A DNA stretch of 48,227 nucleotides. Origin: Octopus bimaculoides (Eukaryota). The stretch spans positions 24,009,193 to 24,057,419 of the forward strand of contig NC_068984.1 in NCBI RefSeq assembly GCF_001194135.2, read 5' to 3'. This document shows, piece after piece, positions 1 through 12,045 of the stretch (the stretch's first letter is position 1; every line of letters begins with the position of its first letter). The translations under genes were made by a program, and so were the position numbers. The notes beneath the pieces were generated by a model. The model made no database searches. It was not told where the DNA came from and was given only the letters and a program-made list of their open reading frames with translations.

Positions 1-60
1 TATATATATATATATATGATGATGATGAGGATGATGATGATGATGAAGATGATGACGACG
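1..60. repeat. (TA)n followed by (ATG/ACG)n microsatellite
   Basis: Direct reading; explains ORF 16..222. Confidence 0.95.
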
Positions 61-924
61 ACGATTCAATTTTCTTTCATGATTAAACGCTTATCTATTA
101 TATTTAAATCAATTATTTTTGTATTTCTTATATACATAAATTACGTACCTATATTAACGGTGATAATTTTAACTGTTGAAATAGCTGTAGAACTTGGAGT
201 GTTTATTACGAAAAATTTATAAAATTTTCCCTTTAAACTATTCTAACTATGTTGCTCTAAACATCCGTTTTAGCCAATTTTGATATACAAATTCATTCTA
301 GTGATGATTATTACATTGTCGTAATATAATGTTGTTTAACGATATGTAAATAATTGAGATATATGTGAACTGATATATTTAACGTCGTAGGGTGAACACA
401 AAAAGAACTTTTTATCAATTGAATTTGCACCCACAGTGAAAAGAAAATTCAATAGCGTTAATTACAATTCTCGCTAGGAAAGTTTACACAGACAACTGCA
501 AAATTCAAATTGGTTAAAAATCAAATAAGGATATATAGTGTGGAATAAGGTTGTTCTTTCGTAGTTATGTACGGTGACAATCCCATACATGCTTCACCTT
601 TATTATTCCTCTTCTACAAAGTATAGTCCAACACAGTAACTTCCAATGCTTCTGTGATCTCGTCATACTACGTTCTCACGCTTAAAGTACCCGATACCCA
701 TAATGGCTTCTTGTCAATTGTATTATTTAAATGTAATACAGCGTAAACGCATCACTCTTGCCTACGACATCCTAGGGTGTTGGCGACACCTATTTTGAAA
801 AATACTATTTTAAAACATACTTACCAGACCTTAGAATGAGGGAAATTATTTATTGACTAAGCAATTTAAAATGATTACATGGGGAAAATTTCCTTCTAAT
901 ATATTTATCATATATCTTATAAAG

Positions 925-943
925 CACACACACACACACACAC

Positions 944-1001
<58 letters not shown>

Positions 1002-1195
1002 GTATGTATATATACATATATACACATATATATACATACACACACACACACATATCTTCGCTTGTATATAAACATACATATGCATATACGTATATGCATA
1101 TATATATGTGTGTGTGTGTGTTGTGTGTGTATATACTTACACACACACATACACACACACACACACACATACACACGCATATATATTATAATTTT
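925..1195. repeat. Compound (CA)n/(TA)n/(TG)n microsatellite
   Basis: Direct reading; explains the YI/HT/CV ORFs at 850-1324. Confidence 0.95.
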
Positions 1196-1504
1196 TATAT
1201 AAAAATTATATTGGACATAATATTCTTAAATGTTTCTCATATTTCTCACAGATTTGCAATAAAAATATCATCAACTGTTAAATTGTTAATTAAAGTCCGC
1301 TCCATTATGCTAACATATTTTTAACTCTCTCTCTCCCCGCCTTCCCTCTCTTAGGATGAATGTTTTAATTACCGCCATTTTATATGTGAGTTGGCAATAA
1401 GTTTTGGTCGTGAAGTATAAACCTTGTTGTTAGTATTTGCAATGCTAGTTTATAAGCATGAAAACACGCACGCGCATACACACACATATACACACACACA
1501 CGCA

Positions 1505-2755
1505 GGTGGTGGAGGTGAAGGTAGAGGAGGAGGAAAGGTAATGGTAGAGGAGGAGGAGGTGATGGTGGAGGAGAGGTGGTGGTGGAGGAGAGGTGGTGGA
1601 GGAGAGGTGGTGGTGGTGGAGGAGAGGTGGTGGTGGTGGAGGAGAGGTGGTGGTGGAGGAGGANNNNNNNNNNNNNNNNNNNNNNNNNNNNNNNNNNNNN
1701 NNNNNNNNNNNNNNNNNNNNNNNNNNNNNNNNNNNNNNNNNNNNNNNNNNNNNNNNNNNNNNNNNNNNNNNNNNNNNNNNNNNNNNNNNNNNNNNNNNNN
1801 NNNNNNNNNNNNNNNNNNNNNNNNNNNNNNNNNNNNNNNNNNNNNNNNNNNNNNNNNNNNNNNNNNNNNNNNNNNNNNNNNNNNNNNNNNNNNNNNNNNN
1901 NNNNNNNNNNNNNNNNNNNNNNNNNNNNNNNNNNNNNNNNNNNNNNNNNNNNNNNNNNNNNNNNNNNNNNNNNNNNNNNNNNNNNNNNNNNNNNNNNNNN
2001 NNNNNNNNNNNNNNNNNNNNNNNNNNNNNNNNNNNNNNNNNNNNNNNNNNNNNNNNNNNNNNNNNNNNNNNNNNNNNNNNNNNNNNNNNNNNNNNNNNNN
2101 NNNNNNNNNNNNNNNNNNNNNNNNNNNNNNNNNNNNNNNNNNNNNNNNNNNNNNNNNNNNNNNNNNNNNNNNNNNNNNNNNNNNNNNNNNNNNNNNNNNN
2201 NNNNNNNNNNNNNNNNNNNNNNNNNNNNNNNNNNNNNNNNNNNNNNNNNNNNNNNNNNNNNNNNNNNNNNNNNNNNNNNNNNNNNNNNNNNNNNNNNNNN
2301 NNNNNNNNNNNNNNNNNNNNNNNNNNNNNNNNNNNNNNNNNNNNNNNNNNNNNNNNNNNNNNNNNNNNNNNNNNNNNNNNNNNNNNNNNNNNNNNNNNNN
2401 NNNNNNNNNNNNNNNNNNNNNNNNNNNNNNNNNNNNNNNNNNNNNNNNNNNNNNNNNNNNNNNNNNNNNNNNNNNNNNNNNNNNNNNNNNNNNNNNNNNN
2501 NNNNNNNNNNNNNNNNNNNNNNNNNNNNNNNNNNNNNNNNNNNNNNNNNNNNNNNNNNNNNNNNNNNNNNNNNNNNNNNNNNNNNNNNNNNNNNNNNNNN
2601 NNNNNNNNNNNNAAGAAGAAGAAGAAGAAGAAGAAGAAGAAAAGAAGAAGAAGAAGAAGAAAAGAAGAAGAAGAAGAAGAAGAAGAAGAAGAAAAAGAAA
2701 AAGAAGAAGAAGAAGAAGAAGAAGAAGAAGAAGAAGAACAACAACAACAACAACT
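1505..2755. repeat. (GGT/GGA)n and (AAG)n/(AAC)n repeats flanking a 950-N gap
   Basis: Direct reading; gap 1664-2613. Confidence 0.9.
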
Positions 2756-3039
2756 GGTGGGGATAAATCTTCTACAGAAAAAGACTGAAGACTAATTTGG
2801 AAGCAAGCCTACACATTCAAGCAGAGAAACTGTAATTAAACTCTTGATGTAAATAATTAACTCTGGTCATAATTAGTATGGGGGGAAATCCAGAATTCGT
2901 TGGCTTACTGAATCAAGTATCATAGCAACAACTCTACCATTAAATTTTCAAGGAGGAAGCGTCCATGAGGATTCCCCCCTTCCTGGTCATTCTTTTAATT
3001 TTTTTTTTTAGCCATCGCAGCTGTCGCTCTTGTGTAATG

Positions 3040-3080
3040 TTTTCCTGATGAGGCTTAAAAATACCGAAACATGTCGTGAG
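3040..3080 (+). ncRNA. Degenerate minimal type I hammerhead ribozyme motif
   Basis: CTGATGA 3045-3051, GG..CC stem II, GAAA 3066-3069, palindrome ACATGT, GTC triplet ending 3075; stem I poorly paired. Confidence 0.45.
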
Positions 3081-3375
3081 TTATCTCTGTAATTACCTAC
3101 TCTGTACAGTATGTTGTCATTTATATACTAATATATTTGAACTTCAAAGATCTCTTCCTAATAATTTTTGACATTAATTAGTTATTTATATATTGATTGT
3201 TCCCATTACTAAGGGTGCAGTTTTAATTATTTAAGTACTATTGGCCTATTACATCAGTTATACCAACACCCACTTTAATACATACAAACTCGCGCGCGCG
3301 CGTGTGTATAAAGGTATATTTTTATATATATGTACACACATACAAACACATATATAAATTCACAGAAATTTTCAA

Positions 3376-3449
3376 TGGCCGGATAACTGAAGAGATGGCG
3401 GCGTCGGTTCCCACTCTGGCATCCGAAACTCGGAGTTTTATCATGGCTA
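3376..3449 (+). ncRNA. Minimal type I hammerhead ribozyme motif
   Basis: Stem I GATAA(3382-86)/TTATC(3438-42), core CTGAAGA 3387-93, stem II GATG/CATC with one extra C, GAAA 3425-28, stem III ACTC-G-GAGT, GTT triplet ending 3437. Confidence 0.7.
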
Positions 3450-3476
3450 CCGAATAAGTGTCACATATTTTTACAG

Positions 3477-3532
<56 letters not shown>

Positions 3533-4081
3533 ACATTCCTTATTTGTAGATTAACAATGCTACTAACTGTTCAGAAATGCCGCTATATTTCAAGTGATTT
3601 ACATATGAATGTTGGTAATCAGCCTTCATGTTGACTGGGACGTCCACATATTAGCCGATTACCAACACTCTCCAGTGGAGTGCTTGGAAAACAATGGAAT
3701 TTTCCGTATGAANNNNNNNNNNNNNNNNNNNNNNNNNNNNNNNNNNNNNNNNNNNNNNNNNNNNNNNNNNNNNNNNNNNNNNNNNNNNNNNNNNNNNNNN
3801 NNNNNNNNNNNNNNNNNNNNNNNNNNNNNNNNNNNNNNNNNNNNNNNNNNNNNNNNNNNNNNNNNNNNNNNNNNNNNNNNNNNNNNNNNNNNNNNNNNNN
3901 NNNNNNNNNNNNNNNNNNNNNNNNNNNNNNNNNNNNNNNNNNNNNNNNNNNNNNNNNNNNNNNNNNNNNNNNNNNNNNNNNNNNNNNNNNNNNNNNNNNN
4001 NNNNNNNNNNNNNNNNNNNNNNNNNNNNNNNNNNNNNNNNNNNNNNNNNNNNNNNNNNNNNNNNNNNNNNNNNNNNNNNNN

Positions 4082-4125
<44 letters not shown>

Positions 4126-4399
4126 CATTCAATGAAAGACTATGATGAGACGAAGGCATGTGTCAGCGTGGGTAGTAAGCTCTCTGAATACCTACTGCAA
4201 GAGGTTCCTATCGTTGCCCCATCTGTGCAGAAATGTGTAGGTCCCTAGCAAGACTGAAAAGATAGATGTGCGCGGCTGATGTTTAACACAACCATCAAAT
4301 GATGGCATTGCTAAAAATCATGTTGCAGGCATCATGTATAATGTACATACGTACGTATATGTGTGTACGTGTGTGTGTAAGTGTGTGTGAGTGTGTGTG

Positions 4400-4700
4400 C
4401 GCGTGTGGTACGTGGCTCAGGGATTAGGGCACTTGGCTTACGGTCATAAGGTCGTGAGTTCGATTCCTGGCGGAGCATTGTGTCTTCAAGCAAAACATTC
4501 AGCTGGCAAAAATGAGTTGTACCTGTAATTCAAAGGGCCAGCCCTGTTACATTCTGTGTCATGCTGAATCTCCTTGAGAATTATATTAAGGATATGCGGA
4601 CCTGTGGAGTGCGCAGTCACTTGCACGCTAATTTTACGAGCAGGCTGTTCCGTCGATTGGATCAACTGGAACACTCGTCGTCGTAAGTGACGGAGTGCCA
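4400..4700 (+). mobile_element. tRNA-derived SINE, family C
   Basis: B-box-like GAGTTCGATTCC; body homologous to 32740-33040 and, inverted, to 37537-37920. Confidence 0.85.
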
Positions 4701-4829
4701 GTGTGTACGTGCATGTGAGTATGTGCGTATGCGTGTATGCGTGTATGTGCATGTGTGTATGTGCGTGTGTGTGTGTATGCAAAGGAGAGAGTGTACATCT
4801 AAAGAAAATGATACAGTAGGATATAAATA

Positions 4830-5029
4830 CAGTAATCCCTCGCTACATCACAGTTCACCTATCATGGTTCACTTATCGCGGTTTATTACGTCGATTCCTC
4901 TGTGGTGTTGTTTTCTATTTATAGTATGATGAATAAATATACCGTACAGTACTATTTCTACTTTGCGGATTTTCAGCTATCGCGGGGGTATTTTGGAACG
5001 TAACAGCCGCGATAGTCGAGGGATTACTG
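4830..5029. mobile_element. Pogo/Tigger-like (Tc1/mariner superfamily) MITE, 200 bp
   Basis: TIR CAGTAATCCCTCG / CGAGGGATTACTG, TA on both sides (4828-29, 5030-31). Confidence 0.85.
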
Positions 5030-5751
5030 TACAAGCAAACGACAATATACACGTTGGAAAATGATACAAGAAAATTAAATTTTATTGAAAGCAAATAAAC
5101 CTGAGACCTTGTAAGATTTCTGGAAATTTGGGACAACTCATTACTTGTATAGAACAAGGCGCTTCACTTGTATAGAACAAAGCGTTAAGGTGAAATGTGA
5201 AGGCCCAGTAGAAACTGAAGATATTAACCGATTTCCAGAAGACAAACCACAGTGGACCAAGAACAAAGATTTAATAGATACCGCCATTTTGTTTCGTTTT
5301 TTCTTTTAATTTCTATCTGTATTCTTTCATTCTCCATTCTTTTTTCTTGTAATTTTTTTTTTCATTTTCTTTTGCCGGTATATCTCACACCTTTTAAATA
5401 AATCCCCTGTGGGATTGCCATTTCTTTGTTCTACAGAATGGTAGATGTATAGGAATTATTGAAAGCGTTTGTTTTTTGTTTTCTTTTCTTTTCTTTTGAA
5501 GCTTGAGGAACTCCCATCGGAAGGAACAGGTGTACATGTTTTATCGTTTAGCCAAATTAACTAAATTTTATGGTGTGTATGTGCGTGCATGTGTATATGT
5601 GTGTTTACATGCATATATATATTAGATGGATAGATAGATAGATACATACATACATACATACATAAATACATACATACATACATACACACACAGAGAGACA
5701 TAGCATTAAATAGCTAGAGAATAAAATTTAATTTTTTCAACAGAGGGAATG

Positions 5752-5960
5752 TTCTTTTCTACTCTAGGCACAAGGCTCGAAATTTTGGGGGAGGGGGCCA
5801 GTCGGTTAGACCAGGACGCAACTGGTACTTAATTTATCGACCCCGAAAGGATGAAAAGCAAAGTCCACCTCGTCGGAATTTGAACTCAGAACGTACAAGA
5901 CAGACGAAATACCGCTGAGCATTTCGCCCGGCGTGCTAACGTTTCTGTCAGCTCGCCGCC
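5752..5960 (-). mobile_element. tRNA-derived SINE, family A
   Basis: Reverse complement matches 7911-8116; B-box GAGTTCAAATTC. Confidence 0.9.
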
Positions 5961-7249
5961 TTTTGGTTGCTATTGTTATCAATTATTTATATTTGCTGCT
6001 GATAGTAATAACAATAAAAATATCTAGATATATATATATATTATACGCTGAAGTCGTTATGAATTTGACGCGGGACAATTCAAAACGCCACGGATTCCGA
6101 GGCGGATTCGTTTTTTATACGGTCATGCTTGCTGAGGAGAACTAAGGCCGTAGCCAGAATTCGAAATTATGATCCAGCTATATCCGATTCTTCTTTCTAC
6201 AGCTTTGAGCTGTGATGATTTTGCTAATCTTTACTCGCTTGCCCGATTTCTGTTGATCCGTTGTGTATTTCAGTGTAATTCGGTGGTTTAGTTGAGGATT
6301 TATCTCCTCTTTCTAGCATGTAGGCGCCTCATGTGCCCTCTATTATAATTATAAATTTTATTCTCTAGCTTAAAATTTATGGAACTTAGCCAAAGATTTT
6401 AGTCGTCACTACATTCGTGAACTAATTGAATTGACTAAATTACTAGATACATGAAACAGTCATAAAAGTCGTTGCTTTTGTTATACAGCCTCACCGTGGA
6501 TTTTGTTATATATTTCTTCTGTCAAATATAGTAAATAATTTCGTCAAGATTTACATCAATAGCATCACCGCTCTTACACATTCATCGAAAATGGATTTTC
6601 AGCCAGCAGTAGAAGAGTACATCTTTGAACATAAAAGACATCAGTACTCCGATGAGCCTGCTGGCGCTGTATGCATATAAGTATGCCACGTATATTCCCA
6701 GTAGCGTGGCCTTTAACAAACCCGGTTTTTGAAAATGTAATGCAACTATAGACAAGAGGTGTGAGACTATCTCTAGACCTTCTACCATACAGAACCTCAA
6801 CGGCCTGCAATTTTCGGGCATTACGTTTCGCTATTTGATTGTAAAATCCGACATTTCTCAAATGCAGAGAGTTTTCTCTTCTTGTAGACAATCGCTATTC
6901 ATTTCTGTTGAATGCAAGATGTTCCAAATTAACGGTGATGATATTGATGAACATGAGGTTATTTTCTTATGATGTCACGAATTTCTTTTCTTGTGCAGTG
7001 GACACTTGGATGACATGACTAATCCATTGTATATGAAACTTAATGAAATCAGGTTCATATATATATGTATATATATATATATATATNNNNNNNNNNNNNN
7101 NNNNNNNNNNNNNNNNNNNNNNNNNNNNNNNNNNNNNNNNNNNNNNNNNNNNNNNNNNNNNNNNNNNNNNNNNNNNNNAGAGAGAGAGAGAGAGAGAGAG
7201 AGATAGTCTCACACCTCTTGTCTATAGTTGCATTACATTTTCAAAAACC

Positions 7250-7372
7250 TTTCGAGGTCGATAAATTAAGTACTAGTTACGCACTGGGGTCGATGTAATC
7301 GACCTAATCCCTTTGTTTGCCCTTGTTTGTCCCCTCTATGTTTAGCCCCTTGTGGGCAATAAAGAAATAAGA
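7250..7372 (+). mobile_element. 3' fragment of family A-type SINE
   Basis: GTCGATAAATTAAGTACTAGTT body and AAAGAAATAAGAA tail. Confidence 0.7.
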
Positions 7373-7910
7373 ATATACACACACGCATACACACACATAC
7401 ATTCGTGAGATGTATGTTGTTTCAAGATACATCTCACGAATTCTCTCTGGAAAGCATCATCAGTGATGTTTCTGGGGTCTCAGGGCGTGTTCGAGATTTT
7501 CAACATCAGGTCTCTTCACTCAGTTGGCTCACCCAGGGTTGATCAATTCTCAGCGTGCATCCCTGTAACAGCAAACTATCGATCTGCTCTCTTTATCTTT
7601 ATCCAGAACCATCTAGTGGCCAATGGAATATATGCCCAACCAGATCTTTGCAGTAAAACAGAAACAGAATTATTTAACCATAGAACTTTACAGAGTCGTA
7701 TGAATAACAGCTATATATATTAGGAATAAACATATTTAATACATTTTTTAATAATCTTGATCAATACAATATCAAAAAGTTAAGAATATGTGAAATAAAT
7801 CCGTAGATATTAAAATAATTATAAAGCAGTTTGAGTTAAAAAGATAGCGGAGGTTTAAAAAATATTAACAGGATGGAAGGATAGATTTTTCAAAGATAAA
7901 GAATTTTCAA

Positions 7911-8116
7911 GGCGGTGAGCTGGCAGAAACGTTAGCATGCCGGGCGAAATGCTTAGCGGTATTTCGTTTGTCTTTACATCCTGAGTTCAAATTCTGCCGA
8001 GGTCGACTTTGCCTTTCATCCTTTCGGGGTCAATAAATTAAGTACCAGTTGCGTCCTGGAGTCGGTCTAATCCGCAAAAAAAAAAAAAAAATTCAGGCCT
8101 TGTTCTTAGAAAAGAA
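7911..8116 (+). mobile_element. tRNA-derived SINE, family A
   Basis: GGCGGTGAGCTGGCAGAA head, GAGTTCAAATTC B-box, CCTTTCATCCTTTCGGGGTC body. Confidence 0.9.
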
Positions 8117-8596
8117 AAAAAAATTTCTTCTCAAGTTATGATTTTTATTTTTTTTTATTGGTCAGCATGAATAAATGTATTACAAATATTTACTGGCTGA
8201 TAGACACGGCTCCTGAGTAGTGAAGTTGATAAAATAGTATCTGTTGATTAAACATTCAGTTTCTTAGTCACATATCTCCGACCATCGAAAATGTACAACA
8301 TTAACGAAGTAGTGTAGTTTTTCAGGGGAAATAATCCACGTAAAATGATTGTGTGTTGTCTCTCTTAGTCAATAAGTTGATTATTTGGGTTTAAAGAACT
8401 TGACACCTGCAGACGATCAGTAGGGGTAAAATCTGCCTTTTATTTACTACACGGAATCAGCTTACCTCAGAATTAAAATTCCCGTGTAGATGAAACTATC
8501 AGCCGTGAAAATGTGATACATACATACGAGCGTGGGGGCACATGCAGAGTTGGCGTAGTTTGCATACACACCACACCTACACACACTTACACACAC

Positions 8597-8652
<56 letters not shown>

Positions 8653-8826
8653 TTTCAGATCAGATATACAAATTTAATATTTTATACATACCTACATACA
8701 TACCTACATACATACCTACATATATATATATATACATATGTGTGTGTGTGTGTGTGTGCGTGTGTGCGTATGTATGTATGTATGGTTATACATAGCGAGG
8801 GAGAAAGAGGCAAACATACATATATA

Positions 8827-9103
8827 CGTGGTCTGATCAATAAGTATCCGGACTATTGCCATAGTAACGAAGCTAGAGCACGGAGAGTGAGGCAGCTTGG
8901 CACAGATTGACCTTAAACACTGCTGTGCATGCGCAGTAAGTTTTAACGTTCTAGCTCACATCTGCTGTTTACAGCAATGGTTGGAAGGAAGGTGAGTAGC
9001 GTGTGATCGTTGCATTGACCGTGACAGAAAGTTAAGCAGAGAATCTGCATCAAATTTTACCAAAAGCTTGGCGATACCCGCTCAAAGGCCAATGCAAAGT
9101 TTT
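8827..9103 (+). mobile_element. Mariner 5' end (TIR plus transposase N-terminus)
   Basis: TA|CGTGGTCTGATCAATAAGTATCCGGAC TIR; frame QRICIKFYQKLGDT resembles the mariner QR..IKF..KLG motif. Confidence 0.75.
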
Positions 9104-9480
9104 TAAAAAGTTTTCATCGTTCTTGTCACAATCAAGGAGATCTTGTGCAGTTGAAACCCGAGTGTCTTTTAGGTCAGCTGAAAGTAGTTTTGGCACAAAC
9201 TTGGCAGACATGCGTCTTACGCTAATCTTCAGTAATAATGGACTGAACTGAACCGTAACTAATCTGCGCATCCTTTGATAACACATCTGCATGCGGGTCT
9301 CCCAGAACGTTCATCAATATCGACATTTTTTGGCCATCTTACCAGTCGTACACTTGTGTGTGACTCATACACTCCTCTCCATACACTTTCTGCAACTTTA
9401 CGCCGGCCTCTGAGTAGGTATCACCATGACAACTTTCTCTGTCATGGTCAATGCGATGATCACACGCTACACACTCAATT
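9097..9480 (-). mobile_element. Mariner transposase fragment, opposite orientation
   Basis: ORF 9050..9292 contains VRRMSAKFVPKLLS; 9431-9477 is an inverted homologue of 8993-9033. Confidence 0.8.
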
Positions 9481-9689
9481 CAGCTTTGTATAGCTGCTAG
9501 AAACTGGCTGGAGAGGGTTATATATATGTATGTGTGTATGTATATATATATATATATATNNNNNNNNNNNNNNNNNNNNNNNNNNNNNNNNNNNNNNNNN
9601 NNNNNNNNNNNNNNNNNNNNNNNNNNNNNTGATTACAAAATTCAGTGCTAATTGAAATACATGTCATTTTCCAAATTTAATAGTATCTC

Positions 9690-11270
9690 CAGACAGAATT
9701 TAGGTTTTTCATGAATGACTAATTTCAAACTAATGACTGTTCTGCTTCAGGCTCTGCTGACAGCAAGAAGCAATGGAATCATAAATATCATGAAACAGTT
9801 CGTTCGCTATTTCTGCGCATGCTCGTTCATTGACTGCCCTCATTTCGTCGAATGTTGCGGGTTTTGTACTGCAAACTTTATCATTTAAGTATTCTTTTAT
9901 TCTTTTATTCTTTTACTTGTTTCAGTCATTTGACTGAGGCCATGCAAGAGCACCGCCTTTAGTCCATAGTATTTATTCTGTCGGTCCCTTTTGCCGAACT
10001 GCTAGGTAACGGGGATGTAAACACACCTCTATCGGTTGTCAAGCAATGGTGGGAGGACAAACACGGACACACAAACACACACATATATACATACATATAT
10101 ATACATACGACGGGCTTCTTTCAGTTTCCATCTACTAAATCCATTCACAAGGCTTTGGTCGGCCCGTGGCTATAGTAGAAGACACCTGCCCAAGGTGCCA
10201 CGTAGTGGGACTGAAGCCGGAACCATGTGGTTGGTAAGCAAGCTTCTTACCACACAGCTACCCCTGCGCGCGCGCGCGCGTATGTTTGGAGAGAGAAAGA
10301 GAGAAATAGAGGAAGGGATTAAAGAGAAAAGTGATAGAGAAAAGAGATAATAGGAAGGAAGAGTGTGTGTGTGTGTGTGTGTGTGTCCATAAAAAAGCCT
10401 AGAGGTATTATGGTCAGTGAGCGTAGAGGGTAGTCTACTGAATCTTCGTTCAATCTATCTCTTTGCCAAAATCTCATTAAGATAGGCCCTTATATTACCA
10501 TAGTAGTGTGGGGATGCCCCATCAAGCTAGAAATGAACTCCACCTCTTCAAAGATCTCTGAACGCTTGACATGGTAGATTTTCGCAACAAATTTAAGTAG
10601 GGCCAGTCAGAAAACCGTAAAAAGAGAATGGCCTACCTAATCTTTTTGATGATAAGCTGCGTTATACTGCAACTCCTGGTAAATTAACATGATGTTCTTC
10701 CGTAATATGCGGATTCTCGGCTCCCCTGTAGATGCAATTGTGGAGGTTAGCTGAACCATTTACTTCAACTGTAGCCTCGCCACCTCAAGCAGTCTTTATT
10801 GAAAAGTGTATCTTCTACACTTTTTGCTCCGTACCACTCGCAAAACACCACTCTGAGGTCCGGATCATCATCGCTGGAAACATGCGTTATTCTTGGAATA
10901 TAACCTTTCTCATGATAGCGCTTCAAGATGCGATGGACGCTTGGTTTTGAAATTATTATTTCATGACTTGCCTGCCTCAGATGTTTTTGAACTCTGGATA
11001 TACGTTTCTATTACTTTTTCTTGCTTTGTGGAGCTCATTGATGTCATCGATTTTCTGGAATGTTTCTTGAGGACATTCCGAACAGTCCCATCTGCTTCAA
11101 ACTTATCTCTAATTAGAGTGATGGTAAGAGTCAAAGGTAAATTGTTTTGAAACTCCCTCCTAAACTATCTTTACATTTTAACTGCGTTTTTCAAACTTCC
11201 AGCAGCGTTTTAGGAAAAATTTCTTTTGTTCAAAGCTTAGTCTGCTTCCCTTCAGTATTTCTAATGGAAT
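9690..11270 (-). mobile_element. Decayed Tc1/mariner-superfamily (DUF4817-type) transposase, split by a SINE and microsatellites
   Basis: Minus-strand frames RLSFEQKKF, TLIRDKFEADGTV, DDDPDLRVVFCEW, NLHNCIY..ENPH, DGASPHY and, after the insertion at 9893-10385, LNDKVCSTKPAT; stops and frameshifts present. Confidence 0.8.
9893..10270 (-). mobile_element. tRNA-derived SINE, family D
   Basis: Matches 35393-35908 (+) and 46495-46728 (-); internal (CA)/(TA) tract. Confidence 0.9.
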
Positions 11271-11453
11271 AAATTCGGAAAAATAAAATAAAATTGAATT
11301 AAATTAAATTAAGAAAGTTGTCAGTTGTGAGCATACATTACATTTTGGGAAACCTTGCATATATATTCATTTATACACACATTCATATAAATGTAGGAAA
11401 TTTCAGCAATTATTTCCTATTCTTTTCTTTCTCCCCCGTTTCTCACCCCTCTT

Positions 11454-11454
<1 letters not shown>

Positions 11455-11539
<85 letters not shown>

Positions 11540-11989
11540 TCTCTCTCTCTCTCTTTCTTTCCCCATACACACATAAAATCATACATATATGCACGTACGC
11601 ACGTTTGTATGTGTGTGTATTTTATAAAATGATTAATAATGCATATGTATTATCCATTGATGAACTGAGACAAACATACATTCTCATAACCCCAAGCATC
11701 GGATGTAGCTTTGACATGCACCGGGCTGGCTTTAGTGTGTACGCCATGTTCGCGAGATAAAGACCATTATAACTGTATATAATCCAGAGACGTTAAACCA
11801 GCTTATTTGGGTGGAAAGAGTCCATAGAAAACTTTCATGTTTATTTTCTGAACAACATAATGTTAGTAGTAGTAGTAGCAGTAGTAGTAGTAGCAATTTT
11901 TAAAAAAAGTTCTTTTAGTTTGTATGTTTGCAAGAAATATGTGTAACCCAGGTTATGCACTTGAGAAGATAAAAGTATGAGTGAGAGAA

Positions 11990-12045
<56 letters not shown>

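Noticed and set aside
6202-6290. Strong acceptor followed by LSCDDFANLYSLARFLLIRCVFQC*, superficially like a paralogous peptide exon
   Set aside because: Only three cysteines, no DNA similarity to exon 3 and no upstream signal exon found.
6560-6970. Nearly open frames on both strands
   Set aside because: Faint transposase-like hints only; could not be assigned and contains stops.
9751-9888. Cys-rich plus-strand frame MKQFVRYFCACSFIDCPHFVECCGFC after a TTCAG acceptor
   Set aside because: It is the antisense of the transposase C-terminus (LNDKVCSTKPAT..).
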